From Hypanus sabinus (lineage: Eukaryota): a stretch of 64,000 nucleotides of DNA. A program made the position numbers and the translations under genes. The first letter of the stretch is position 1. The number at the start of each line of letters is the position of its first letter. Positions 22,395-35,675 of this stretch are shown here, piece after piece. The notes beneath the pieces were generated by a model that searched no databases, was not told where the DNA came from, and was given only the letters and a program-made list of their open reading frames with translations. The stretch lies in the NCBI RefSeq assembly GCF_030144855.1, contig NC_082731.1, forward strand, positions 32,054,001 to 32,118,000, given 5' to 3'.

Positions 22395-22972
22395 CACTCC
22401 CCCAGGAGTCCACCATCACAGAGTGTTCTACCCTTGTACACCGAGGGCCCACTGTCCCTCGACACTCCCCACCATTCACAGAGTGTTCTACCCTCGTACA
22501 CCGAGGTCCCTCTGTCCCTCCACACTCCCCACCATTCAGTGTGTTCTACCCTCGTACACCGAGGTCCCTCTGTCCCTCGACACTCCCCACCATTCACAGA
22601 GTGTTCTACCCTCGTACACCGAGGTCCCTCTGTCCCTCGACACTCCCCACCATTCACAGAGTGTGTCCTACCCTTGTACACCGAGGTCCCTCTGTCCCTC
22701 CACACTCCCCACCATTCACAGAGTGTGTCCTACCCTCGTACACCGAGGTCCCTCTGTCCCTCCACACCATTCATAGTGTGTTCTACCCTTGTACACCGAG
22801 GTCCCTCTGTCCCTCGACACTCCCTACCATTCACAGTGTGTTCTACCCTTGTACACCGAGGTCCCTCTGTCCCTCGACACTCCCCACCATTCACAGTGTG
22901 TTCTACCCTTGTACACCGAGATCCCTCTGTCCCTCGACACTCCCCACCATTCACAGTGTGTTCTACCCTTGT
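22395..22972. repeat. ~60-bp minisatellite family C (CATTCACAG(A/T)GTGTTCTACCCT(C/T)GTACACCGAGGTCCCTCTGTCCCTCGACACTCCCCAC)n
   Basis: 60-nt period visible in consecutive sequence lines 22801-22970. Confidence 0.92.
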
Positions 22973-22974
22973 GT

Positions 22975-23195
22975 GCTGGTGTGTGGCCAAGTGGTTAAGG
23001 CGTTCATCTAGTTATCTGAAGGTCACTAGTTCGAGCCTTGGCTGAGGCTGCGTGTGTGTCCTTGAGCAAGGCACTTAACCACACATTGCTCTACGACGAC
23101 ACCAGTGCCAAGCTGTATGGGTCCTAATACCCTTCCCTTGGACAACATCGGTGGCGTGGAGAGGGGAGACTTGCAGCTTGGGCAACTGCCGGTCT
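22975..23195 (+). mobile_element. tRNA-derived SINE
   Basis: A-box-like TGGCCAAGTGG, B-box-like GTTCGAGCC, followed by GTGTCCTTGAGCAAGGCACTTAACC, a body motif common in fish SINEs. Confidence 0.6.
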
Positions 23196-24567
23196 CCCAT
23201 TGAAAAACCCTATCGAGACTAATGGAGGTCTACAACTACACCTCATAAAGATTATTACTCAGAGCATTGAGATAGAACAAGGTAAAGCAGTAACAGAACG
23301 CATAATAAAGTGTCACAGCCACAGAGAGAGTGCAGTGCAGGTAAAGGATAAGATACAAGATCCTAACGAGGTAGGTTGGGAGGTCAAGGGTCAGTCTTAT
23401 CATACGAGAGGTCTGTTCAAGTGTCTGATAGCACCGGGGCAGAAGCTGGTCCTTGAGCCTGGTGGCTCGTGTTTTCAGGATTCTGCATCTTCTGCCCGAA
23501 GGGAGAATGCCCGGGGTGGGCGGGGTCTTTCATTACGTTGGCTGCCTGCGTTTGAGCCACATCAGCCTGTTGTGGTTGTGAATGCAGTCACTGGGAGACG
23601 CTGAAGCTGGTGGATATAGAAGCCCTTATTCTGCACTTATCAGGCATCATACAGGAGTCACTCTTCGAAGAAGAGGCTCCCCGACCCAACCTTAGATGAC
23701 ATTGTTTTTATATGCTGGATGATTTCTATTGATACAATGCATTCATAGTGCTCCCTTTGAGTTACAGATAATTTTCAAACACCTAGATCTTCACACCCAC
23801 ACCCTAGACTGAATGTTAATCACTGCTAAGTCTGCTCTGCCATTCAATCATAGGCTGATCCACTTCATCCAGTCATCCCCACTCCCCTACTTTCACCCCA
23901 TACCCTTTGATGCCCTGGCTAATCAAGAACCAATCTATCTCTGCCTTAAATACACCCAATGACCTCCACAGCCACTCGTGGCAACAAATTCCACAGATTT
24001 ACCCCCCTCTGACTAAAGTAATTTCTCTGCATCTCTGTTCTAAAAGGACGTCATTCAATCCTGAAGTCCTGCCCTCTTGTCCTAGAATCCCTTACCATGG
24101 GAAATAACTTTGCCATATCTAATCAGTTCAGGCCTTTTAACATTCGGAATGTATCGATGAGATCCCCCCTCATTCTCCTGAACTGCAGGGAATACAGCCC
24201 AAGAGCTGCCAGACGTAAACCAACATAGATCCCAGAGTTTGGATGCTGTCGTTTGGGTGCAATTTATATATGTTCTTAATATATTGACATTAAGCCCAAG
24301 TTTTCAAAGTTATTATACATTGAGTTATTGCAATCCAGATTTGATGAGCCAAATGGCCTAATTCTGCCTGTATGTCTTATGGTCTTAAACTTCCTCTTTT
24401 TAGGATGTGGAAAACTTCTTTGAACCATTTATCGATATTTTCCAGTTGAGGTGGTTGATGAAAGAACATCTGTCTCCTTTCACCCTCTAGCTCTGTGTGT
24501 CGTTACTCCCTTGGTCTCTTTTGGGGCAAGTCTTGTCATAGTTTCATCATTGTCACCCTGCCGTGAG

Positions 24568-24581
24568 CCACTAGAGGGCAC
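24568..24581 (+). promoter_or_regulatory. CTCF consensus site in the V-C intron
   Basis: CCACTAGAGGGCAC fits the CTCF core CCACYAGRKGGCRS; motif match only. Confidence 0.45.
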
Positions 24582-25019
24582 TCTGGAGTCGGTGTCATGT
24601 CTAACCTGTAATTCCTTGGAGATTGGATGGTGGTGCTGTCTCGGAGAGGGTGTTTTCCCCGAGGAAGAGCTTCACTGGCAGGACCGTCCACCTGTGGTCC
24701 CTGTTGGGTCTTTAGATACCGTTTCTGTTTACTTTGAAGCTCTGTGCAAAGCACTTCAATTTGATTACACTTACGTTGTTCGTCCACTTACAAAGTACAA
24801 AGTTCAAGTAAGTTTTATAATGAAAGTACACGCATGACATCATACACGACCCTGAGATTAATTTTCCTGTGGACATACGCAACAACTATACAGAATGGTA
24901 AATCTAACAGGATCCATAGCTGATCTGCCCAACTAGGACTTTCAACCAGAGTGCAGAAGTCAGCAAATCGTGCCAATGCAAAAAAAAAGCAATATTGTAA
25001 ATAAATAAAGGAATAACTA

Positions 25020-26130
25020 TCGAGAACAAGAGATGAAGAGTCCTTGAAAGTGAGTCCATTGGTTGTGGGAACATTTCAATGAAGGGGCAAGTGAAATTGA
25101 GTGAAGTTACCCCTGTTGTTCAAGAGCCCAATGTGGCTGAACTTGGTGCTGTGAGTCTTTAGGCTCCTGTACCTTCTTACTGATGGCAGCAGTGGGAAGA
25201 GAGCAGGACCTGGATGGCGGAGGTCCCTGATGATGGATGCTGTTTTCCTGTGACAACACTTCATGTAGATGTGCTCAGCGGTGGGGAGGGCTTTACCGAC
25301 GATGGACTGGGCCATGTCAGCCACCTGTTATAGCATTTTCTGGTCAAGGGCTTTGGTGTTTCCATACCAGGCTGTGATGCAGCCAGTCAATAGATTCTCC
25401 ACCACACACCTCTACAAGTTTGTCAAACTTTTAGCTCTCATGCCGAACCTCCACAAACTCCTGAGGAAGCAGAGGAGCTCCGTGCTTTCGTCGTAATTGC
25501 ACTTGCGTGGTGGACCCAGGACAGGTCATCTGAAATGATAACACCGAGGAATTTCAAGTTGCTGACCCTCTCCACCTCCGATGAGGACTGGCTCATGGAC
25601 ATCTGGTTTCCTCCTCCTGAAATCAATAATCAGCTCATTGGTGTTGCTGACATTGAGAGAGAGAGGTTGTTTTTATGACACAACTCAGCCAGATTTTCGA
25701 TCTCCCTCCTATATGCTGATTCATCACCACCTTTGATTCAGCCCATGACTGTGGTGGCATCAGCAAACTTGAACATGGCCTTGGAGCTGTGCTTGGCCTC
25801 ACAGTCATAGGTGTAAAGTGAGTAGAGCTGGGAGCTGAGTACACAGCCTTGTGGTGCATCGGTGCTGATGGAGATCGTGGTGGAGATCTCATTGCCGATC
25901 TGAACTGAATGTGAGGAAATCCGAGATCCAAATGCAAAAGCAGGTATTGACTCTTGGAGCTTATTGATTAGTTCCGAGGGGATGATGGTATTGAAAGCTG
26001 AGCTGTAATCTATAAACAACATCCTAACGTTTGCATCTCTGCTGTCTGGATGATCCAGGGTTGAGTGAAGAGCCAATGAAATGACATCTGCTGTGGACCT
26101 GATGTTCCTGTCGGCAAATCGGAGAGGTTC
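25020..26130 (-). mobile_element. L2-type LINE RT fragment
   Basis: RMLFIDYSSAFNTIIP, GAPQGCVLSSQLYSLYTYDC, KFADATT; VERVSNLKFLGVIISDDLSW. Confidence 0.85.
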
Positions 26131-27377
26131 AGTTGAGCAGTTCCCTTGTTCAGTTGACGCAGAGATTTGCTCTTTAGACTTTATACTGTCTCTGTCTTAC
26201 TGCGTTCATTGTTTATCACAGGTCTCCTCTTCCTCTCAATCAAAGTGGTCACACCCAAATGAAACAGTGTTCCTCTGGGGGCCAAGATACAAAACATACA
26301 CAGCATATGCAAAATAGAGAGAGAAAAAACCAGTCACGCACAAAAAAACCCAGATATATATAGTCCAAGACTCTGAACAGCATGTCCTGCTAAGTGATGG
26401 TACAGTTCAATCCAGCCTGTCATTCCACTGCCTGAACACTGGAGGGCAGCGCTGACTGGAGAGGTGATTTATTTTCTCTCTGTTTCTATTAACTCACATA
26501 TAGGATTTTCCAACTCAGCAGCTGCATGTTTATTTAAGTACAATGAGACTGCTAATGTCCATGCACTGTTCTCTTCCCCTCTCTGGATCTTACCCCATCC
26601 TTTTTTAAATTCGTGCAGCAGCCGCATTTCATTAGACTCGACGTGACTGGTGTATTTTGTTCTGGCCTCTTTATTCATCTTGCAAGATCAAAATACTCTG
26701 TTTAGGCAAAACCTCAGTCATCGCGTAACAACCGGAGGCTCGGTTCTGCCCTGCTTCAGCGGTGGCAATACAACCCTGAGAATGTACTTCTCCAGATAGC
26801 CACAAAACAGAGAAAACCAGGGAAATCAGTTCAAAGAGAAACAGCAACCCCCCCACCCACCACACACACGAAGAGAACGGCAACCCCCCCAAACCCCCCT
26901 CCCTGCACAAAACACAACAAGAACATCAGCACAAAAACCCTCCCCCACACAAGAAAACAATTGCAAAGAACAAGTAACAACACAGAATATAAAACCCATG
27001 AGACAGACGAAAGTCCATAGTCTGAAGTCCAAATCTATAAAGGCAGAACTTACAGTAACATCTTTCAATATCATCAACAGAGCGAGACACTCTCAAATGA
27101 TTCCAAACGAAGGGTAAATAAGTTGCAACCAAACTGAGAAACTCCGTGAGCAGCCATATCTATGTGTCAGTTGTCCGTCATTTTTGACAATGACGATAGG
27201 AAACTGTGCGGGAATCATCGCCCTGGGGCAGTTCCACTCTCTCAAGCCCAGGAGCCCTACCCGGTGGTATGAGTGGTTGTCACGATTTTATAGGCAATTT
27301 TGTAAAAAACATGTGTAAGTTAAACTACAAGGAAAATGACAATTCTACAGCCCAGTCCAACATGCACTTGTACAGTG

Positions 27378-28445
27378 AGTTCCCCCGTCCCTCGACACTC
27401 CCCACCATTCAGTGTGTGTCCTGCCCTCGTACACCAAGGTCCCCCTGTCCCTCGACATTCCCCACCACTCACAGTGTGTGTCCTGCCCTCGTACACTGAG
27501 GTCCCTCTGTCCCTCGACATTCCCCACCATTCACAGTGTGTGTCCTGCCCTCGTACACCGAGGTCCCCCTGTCCCTCGACACTCCCCACCAATCACAGTG
27601 TGTGTCCTGCCCTCGTACACCGAGGTCCCTCTGTCCCTCGACACTTCCCACCATTCAGTGTGTGTCCTGCCCTTGTACACCGAGGTCCCTCTGTCCCTCG
27701 ACATTCCCCACCATTCACAGTGTGTGTCCTGCCCTCGTACACCGAGGTCCCCCTGTCCCTCGACACTCCCCACCATTCACAGTGTGTGTCCTGCCCTCGT
27801 ACACTGAGGTCCCTCAACACTCTCCACCATTCAGTGTGTGTCCTGCCCTTGTACACCAAGGTCCCCCGTCCCTCGACATTCCCCACCATTCACAGTGTGT
27901 GTCCTGCCCTCGTACACTGAGGTCCCTCTGTCCCTCGACATTCCCCAGCATTCACAGTGTGTGTCCTGCCCTCGTACACCGAGGTCCCTCTGTCCCTCGA
28001 CATTCCCCACCATTCACAGTGTGTGTCCTGCCCTCGTACACCGAGGTCCCTCTGTCCCTCGACATTCCCCACCATTCACAGTGTGTGTCCTGCCCTCATA
28101 CACCGAGGTCCCCCTGTCCCTCGACACTCCCCACCAATCACAGTGTGTGTCCTGCCCTCGTACACTGAGGTCCCTCAACACTCTCCACCATTCAGTGTGT
28201 GTCCTGCCCTTGTACACCAAGGTCCCCCTGTCCCTCGACATTCCCCACCATTCACAGTGTGTGTCCTGCCCTCGTACACTGAGGTCCCTCTGTCCCTCGA
28301 CACTCCCCACCGTTTACTGTGTGTGTCCTGCCCTCATACACCGAGGTCCCCCTGTCCCTCGGCACTCCTCACCAATCACAGTGTGTGTCCTGCCCTCATA
28401 CACCGAGGTCCCCGTCCCTCAACACTCCCCACCATTCACAGTGTG
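27378..28445. repeat. 62-bp minisatellite (family C variant)
   Basis: 62-nt period; unit CATTCACAGTGTGTGTCCTGCCCTCGTACACCGAGGTCCCTCTGTCCCTCGACA(C/T)TCCCCAC. Confidence 0.93.
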
Positions 28446-29537
28446 TGCAACACACACAAAATGCTGGTGGGACGCAGCAGGCCAGGCAGCATCTATAAGG
28501 AGAAGCACTGTCAACGTTTCGGGCCGAGACCCTTTGTCAGGACTAACTGAAAGAAAAGATAGTAACAGATTTGAAAGTAGGAGGAGGAGGGGTGATAGAA
28601 GACAGGAGGAGGTGGGGTGAAGCTAAGAGCTGGAAAGGTGATTGGCAAAAGGGATACAGAGCTGGAGAAGGGAAAGGGGTTAGACTATGAAGAGAGATTG
28701 AGTTGCCTGGGACTGTACTTGCTGGAATTCAGAAGAATGAGAGGAGATCTTATAGAAACATACAGAATTACGAAAGGGAAGGATAAGAAAAAGGCAAGAA
28801 AGTTTTTTCCACTGGTAGGCGAGACTGGAACTAGGGGACAGGGCCTCAAGATTCGGGGGAGTAGATTTAAGACGGAGATGAGGAGGAACTGCTTTTCCCA
28901 GAGAGTGGTGAATCTCTGCCCAATGAAGCAGTGGAGGCTGCCTTAGTTAACATACTTAAGGTTGGATAGATTTCGCATAGTAGGGGTTAAGAGTTATGGG
29001 GAAAAGGCGGGAAGGTGGAGATGAGTCCATGGTCAGATCTAACTCTGTCCTATGAAATCATCGTTGTAAATGATGCATTTTGTTATGTTTGTACTGACGG
29101 AAATAAATTAATTTCATTCATTCATTAGATCAGCCATGATCATATTGAATGGTGGGGCAGGCTCGATGGGCCGGATGCCTACTCCTGATCCTATTTCTTA
29201 CGTTCTTAAACTCCTTCTGGCATTTCCCTGCCCATATCATTAACGGGTCTACATTGACCACACCACCACCGATCTGTGTGCCGTCTGAGAACTTAGCGAC
29301 TCACCTATCCGCGTTTTAACCCAGGACCTTTATGTAAATGGCAAAGAGCAGCGGTCCCACTACAGGTCCCGGCAGAACCACCGCTAGTTACATCTCACCG
29401 GCCAGACCACTGTCTTCTGTGGGCAGGCCAATTCTGAGTCCAAACAGCCGGCTCACCATGGATCCCACGCAGCTTAACCTAGTGGATGCGCTTCCCACAC
29501 AGAGCCTCCTGTGACCTCCCTCTCTCGGTCCCTCCAG

Positions 29538-29849
29538 TTCGGCCTCCCAGTGTGCAGCTGCTGGCCCCGTTCCTGGACGGGGCGGTCTGGTCAGCGAGGG
29601 CTACGCTCATCTGCAAGGCGGTGGGGTTTTACCCCGAGAAGATCTCCTTCCGGTGGATGGTGGACAGAAGGTCCCACTCCCTGCCCACGGAGCAGGACGA
29701 GCCGGTCAGGAGCAGCGGCGGCACCTACAGCGCTACCAGTCGGATACACATCCCGTTCCTGGAGTGGGACCGGATCAGGAGCGTCTACTGCTTGGTCACA
29801 CACATCTCCAAAGCCACACACTTCGTCCAGGAGTTCCGGAGAAGAGCCG
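29538..29849 (+). CDS. Ig-superfamily receptor gene, C1-set exon 1
   Basis: ccctccag|TT CGG...GCC G|GTAAGA, 312 nt, phase 1/1; RPPSVQLLAP, ATLICKAVGFYPEKISFRW, GTYSATSRIHIPFLEW..VYCLVTH (C1 motifs C-x3-GFYP, W, Y-x-C-x-V-x-H). Confidence 0.92.
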
Positions 29850-30442
29850 GTAAGACTGTGGCCTCCTCAGAGGACGGGGCGACCTAAACCACTCCATCCC
29901 GTCAGCGAGCTCCAACTCTGTCCGAGTGACCCCCTTACAATCCTATACCTCTGTGATTCCATTCCTCCCGGCCTCACTGAAACCCCTCACTCACCTCTGT
30001 GAACCTACCCCACTCCTACACCCCTTCCTGTCTTGACAAACCCCTTGATCCCCTGGGCCCTACTCGGTCTCCAGGACACCATTACTCTCCGACCTGTCTA
30101 TGTGACTCCTTCCCTCCTATCTTCGTGACCACTCACCTCTCCGTCTCCTTCCCGACAATAACCCAGTTAAGCTGACTCCATTCCTCATTGCACCCCTCTA
30201 CGTTACCGTGACAACTCCCAGCCCCACGTCTCCTTGAACAAACGCCCGTCCCTTTTCTGTGATCCCCTCCCTCCCATCTCCTCGTGTCGGTGACCCCCCC
30301 TCCCTACTCTACCCCTCTCCCTGTCTCTGAGACTCCTCCCTCCCCACCGTGACCCTCTGCGGTTTCTGAGCCCCGGCCGAATTCCCCCTCCCGCAGGGAA
30401 CGACAGACACGGTTTGTTCTATGACCACATCCTCTCTCTCAG

Positions 30443-30760
30443 TTCCAGCCCCACAGCCGCCGATCACGTTCCTGCTACGGCCCCCTGATACCCCCTCCGG
30501 GGACGGAGCCAGCGTCACGCTCACCTGTGGGGCCAGCGGATTCTACCCAGCATCTCTCTCCTTCAGCTGGGAGGTGGAGGGGAGGCCGGTGGACTCAGGG
30601 GTCTGGAACACGGAGCCGGTGAGAACCCCCAACGGCACCTACCTGGCCATTAGCACTCTGAACACCCCTCGATTCCTCTGGAGCTCGGGGGCTCACTACA
30701 CGTGTCTGATCACCCACCAGGAGCTGGATCAGCCCATCAGAAAGAACATCAGCCTCAACG
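30443..30760 (+). CDS. Ig-superfamily receptor gene, C1-set exon 2
   Basis: ctctctcag|TT CCA...AAC G|GTGAGT, 318 nt, phase 1/1; VTLTCGASGFYPASLSFSW..NGTYLAISTL..WSSGAHYTCLITHQELDQPIRKNISLN. Confidence 0.92.
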
Positions 30761-30824
30761 GTGAGTGGGCTGAGGAGGGGGGGGGGGGGGAGGGTCACAT
30801 ATCTGCAGGTCACAGACATCTCCG

Positions 30825-31455
30825 AATCCCTGGGTCAGACCTGGAGCACTGTGCACAGATCCTGTCTCTGAATCCCTGGGTCAGACCTGGAGCACTGTGC
30901 ACAGTTCCTGTCTCTGAATCCCTGGGTCAGACCTGGAGCACTGTGCACAGATCCAGTCTCCCTATCCCTGGGTCAGACCCACACCAGGAGCATTGTGCAC
31001 AGTTCCCGTCTTTGAATCCCTGGGTCAGACCCACACCAGGAGCATTGTGCACAGTTCCCGTCTTTGAATCCCTGGGTCAGACCCACACCAGGAGCACCGT
31101 GCGCAGTTCCCGTTTCTACATCACTCAGTCAGACCCACTCCGGGAGAATTGTGCACAGTTCCTGTCTCTGTATCCCTGGGTCAGACCCACTCCGGGAGCA
31201 CCGTGCACATTTCCCGTCTCTGTATCCCTGGGTCAGACCCACACCAGGAGCACCGTGCACATTTCCCGTCTCTGTATCCCTGGGTCAGACCCACACCGGG
31301 AGCACTGTGCACAGTTCCAGTCTCCCTATCCCTGGGTCAGACCCACACCAGGAGCATTGTGCACAGTTCCCGTCTTTGAATCCCTGGGTCAGACCCACAC
31401 CAGGAGCATTGTGCACAGTTCCCGTCTTTGAATCCCTGGGTCAGACCCACACCAG
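30825..31455. repeat. 52-bp minisatellite B array, opposite orientation to 20144-21350
   Basis: Unit CCCGTCTCTGTATCCCTGGGTCAGACCCACACCGGGAGCACCGTGCACAGTT. Confidence 0.92.
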
Positions 31456-32067
31456 ATTAATGAGGGAACTCACAGCACAACCAGTCGGTAATATATGGAT
31501 GAATATTCCTGTTCCAGATTGTGATCCGGTCGCGTGTGTCCCTTCTCCAACCTCGGACCAATCCTTAACACCGTTAACAACAGTATCCATAGAGATGGAC
31601 TGGACAACAGTCGGTAGGTGCTAGGAAATATTCCCCCACGCACCTTCCCATCTTCCTCCGCAACAATTTTCCTGTTGCGATGACACCCTTCACCCCTAAG
31701 CTCTTCATCATCTTTGAAAACATTCCCACCCCAGCATCCCTCCCCATCTCAGAGACCCTCTGCCTCACCTATGCACCCCTGTCTCTCTGATCTCCTCCCT
31801 CCCTTACACAACGCCCCATTCCTGTGTCCTCCTCAATTCTCCGTCTCCGTGATCCACTTGTATTCAAACACCCCTTCCCAGCTCCATGACCAATGCACAG
31901 GCCACTTCTCGTGTCAGTGACCCCCTTCCTACTCTACCCCTCTCCCTGTCTCTGAGACTCCTCCCACCCCACTGTGACCCTCTGCGGTTTCTGAGCCCCG
32001 GCCGAATTCCCCCTCCCGCAGGGAATGACAGACACGGTTTGTTCTATGACCACATCCTCTCTCTCAG

Positions 32068-32385
32068 TTCCAGCCCCACAGCCGCCGATCACGTTCCTGC
32101 TACGGCCCCCTGATACCCCCTCCGGGGACGGAGCCAGCGTCACCCTCACCTGTGGGGCCAGCGGATTCTACCCAGCATCTCTCTCCTTCGGCTGGGAGGT
32201 GGAGGGGAGGCTGGTGGACTCAGGGGTCTGGAAGACGGAGCCGGTGAGAACCCCCAACGGCACCTACCATGCCATCAGCACTCTGAACACCCCTCGATTC
32301 CTCTGGAGCTCGGGGGCTCGCTACACGTGTCTGATCACCCACCAGGAGCTGGATCAGCCCATCAGAAAGAACATCAGCCTCAACG
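32068..32385 (+). CDS. Ig-superfamily receptor gene, C1-set exon 3 (near copy of C exon 2)
   Basis: Same splice sites and 318-nt length, open frame; differs from exon 2 at S>G, P>L, N>K, L>H, H>R. Confidence 0.9.
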
Positions 32386-35357
32386 GTGAGTGGGCTGAGG
32401 CGGGGGGGGGGGGGGGGGGAGGGTCACATATCTGCAGGTCACAGACATCTCCGAATCCCTGGGTCAGACCTGGAGCACTGTGCACAGTTCCTGTCTCCAA
32501 ATCCCGGGGTCAGACCAACACCAGGAGCACCGTGCACAGTTCCTGTCACCCTATCCCTGGGTCAGACCCACACCAGGAGCACCCTGCACAGTTCCCGTCT
32601 CAGTATCCCTGGGTCAGACCCACACTGGGAATACTGTGCTCAGTTCCCGTCTCTGTATCCCTGAGTCAGACCCACACTGGGAGAATTGTGCTCAGTTCCT
32701 GTCTCTATATCCCTGGGTCAGACCCACACTGGGAGCACTGTGCACAGTTCCCGTCTCTGTATCCCTGGGTCATTCAAACACTGGAAGTCCCGTGCACAGT
32801 TCCCATCTCTGTATCCCTGGGTCAGACCCACACCAGATCAATGAGGGATCTCACAGCACAACCAGTCGGTAACATTTGGATGAATATTCCTCTTCCAGAT
32901 TGGGATCCAGTCGTGTGTGTCCCCTCTCCAATGTCGGACCAATCCAAAACAACACTGTCAACAACAGTATCCATGGAGATGGACTGGACAACAGCCGGTA
33001 GGTGCCTCTAACTTCCCACTAATTTTTGATCTATTATATGCTCTCTGTTTGGCTTTTATGTTGGCTTTGACTTTGCTTGTTCGCCATGGTTGTGTCATCT
33101 TTCCTTTAGAATAATTCTTCCTCTTTGGGATGTCTATGTCCTGTGCTTTCTGAAATGCTACCAGAAATTCCCATCATTGTTGCTCTGCCGACATCCCTGC
33201 CGGTGTTCTTTTCCAATCAATTCTGGCCAGCTCCTCTCTCAAGCCTCTGTAATTCCCTTTACTCCACTGTAATACTGAAACATCTGACTTTAGCTTCAAA
33301 TTTCAGGGTGAATTCGATCATATTATGATCACTGACCCCTAAAGGTTCTTTTACCTTCAGCTCTCTAACCAATTCCAGTTCATTACACAACAGCCAACCC
33401 AGAATAGCTGTTCTCCTACTGAGTTGAAACATGAGCTACTCTAAAAAGCCATCTCGTAGGCATCCTAGAAACTCCCCCTCCTGGAATCCCGCACCAGCCT
33501 GATTTTCCCAATCTACCGGCATCTTGAAATCCTTCATGAATATTGTAACATGCATTTTCTATCTCCCAATGTAATTTGTCGGCCGCGTCCTTAACACTGT
33601 CTGGGGATGTATACAACTCCCATCCGGGTCTTTTTACCCTTGTATATCCTTAGCTCTATCCACAAAGGTTCAATACCTTCCAACCCAGTGTTACCTCTTT
33701 CTAATGATTTGATTTCAGTTTTTACCAATCGAGCCCCTCTGCCTTCCCGCCTGTCCTTTCGATGCAATTCACCGTGCACAGTTTCTGTCCCTGTGTCCTT
33801 GGGTCAGATCACATCAGGAGCATCATGCACAGTTCCCATCTCCATATCCCTGGGTCAGACCCACACCGGGAGCACCGTGCACAGTTCCCGTCTCTGTATC
33901 CCTGGGTCAGACCCACACCGGGAGCACCGTGCACAGTTCCCGTCTCCGTATCCCTGGGTCAGACCCACACCGGGAGCATCGTGCACAGTTCTCGTCTCCG
34001 TATCCCTGGGTCAGACCCACACCGGGAGCACCGTGCACAATTCCCGTCTCCGTATCCCTGGGTCAGACCCACACCGGGAGCACCGTGCACAGTTCCCGCC
34101 TCTGTATCCCTGGGTCAGACCCATTCCGGGAGCACCGTGCACAGTTCCCGTCTCTGTATCCCTGGGTCAGACCCACACTGGGAGCAGCGTGCACAGTTCC
34201 CGTCTCCGTATCCCTGGGTCAGACCCACACCGGGAGCACCATGCACAGTTCCCGTCTCTGTATCCCTGGGTCAGACCCACACTGGGAGCAGCGTGCACAG
34301 TTCCCGTCTCTGTATCCCTGGGTCAGACCGACACCGGGAGCACCGTGCACAGTTCCCGTCTCTGTATCCCTGGGTCAGACCCACTCCGGGAGCACCGTGC
34401 ACAGTTCCCGTCTCTGTATCCCTGGGTCAGACCCACACCGGGTGCACCGTGCACAGTTCCCGTCTCTGTATCCCTGGGTCAGACCCACACCGGGAGCACT
34501 GTGCACAGTTCCAGTCTCCCTATCCCTGGGTCAGACCCACACCAGGAGCATTGTGCACAGTTCCCGTCTTTGAATCCCTGGGTCAGACCCACACCAGGAG
34601 CATTGTGCACAGTTCCCGTGTCTGTATCCCTGGGTCAGACCCACACCAGGAGCACCGTGCACAGTTCCCGTGTCTGTATCCCTGGGTCAGACCCACACCA
34701 GGAGCATTGTGCACAGTTCCCGTCTTTGAATCCCTGGGTCAGACCCACACCAGATTAATGAGGGAACTCACAGCACAACCAGTCGGTAATATATGGATGA
34801 ATATTCCTGTTCCAGATTGTGATCCGGTCGCGTGTGTCCCTTCTCCAACCTCGGACCAATCCTTAACACCGTTAACAACAGTATCCATAGAGATGGACTG
34901 GACAACAGTCGGTAGGTGCTAGGAAATATTCCCCCACGCACCTTCCCATCTTCCTCCGCAACAATTTTCCTGTTGCGATGACACCCTTCACCCCTAAGCT
35001 CTTCACCATCTTTGAAAACATTCCCACCCCTCCCCATCTCAGAGACCCTCTGCCTCACCTATGCACCCCTGTCTCTCTGATCTCCTCCCTCCCTTACACA
35101 ACGCCCCATTCCTGTGTCCTCCTCAATTCTCCGTCTCCGTGATCCACTTGTATTCAAACACCCCTTCCCAGCTCCATGACCAATGCACAGGCCACTTCTC
35201 GTGTCAGTGACCCCCTTCCTACTCTACCCCTCTCCCTGTCTCTGAGACTCCTCCCACCCCACTGTGACCCTCTGCGGTTTCTGAGCCCCGGCCGAATTCC
35301 CCCTCCCGCAGGGAACGACAGACACGGTTTGTTCTATGACCACATCCTCTCTCTCAG

Positions 35358-35675
35358 TTCCAGCCCCACAGCCGCCGATCACGTTCCTGCTACGGCCCCC
35401 TGATACCCCCTCCGGGGACGGAGCCAGCGTCACGCTCACCTGTGGGGCCAGCGGATTCTACCCAGCATCTCTCTCCTTCGGCTGGGAGGTGGAGGGGAGA
35501 CTGGTGGACTCAGGGGTCTGGAAGACGGAGCCGGTGAGAACCCCCAACGGCACCTACCATGCCATCAGCACTCTGAACACCCCTCGATTCCTCTGGAGCT
35601 CGGGGGCTCACTACACGTGTCTGATCACCCACCAGGAGCTGGATCAGCCCATCAGAAAGAACATCAGCCTCAACG
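35358..35675 (+). CDS. Ig-superfamily receptor gene, C1-set exon 4 (near copy of C exon 3)
   Basis: 318 nt, intact splice sites, one amino-acid difference from exon 3 (GAHYTC vs GARYTC); could be real or an assembly duplicate. Confidence 0.8.

Noticed and set aside
29324-29510. VPAEPPLVYISPARP.. upstream of C exon 1 resembling a C1 A-strand
   Set aside because: No B-strand Cys or GFYP follows, no suitable donor, and the frame ends in a stop; at most a decayed fragment
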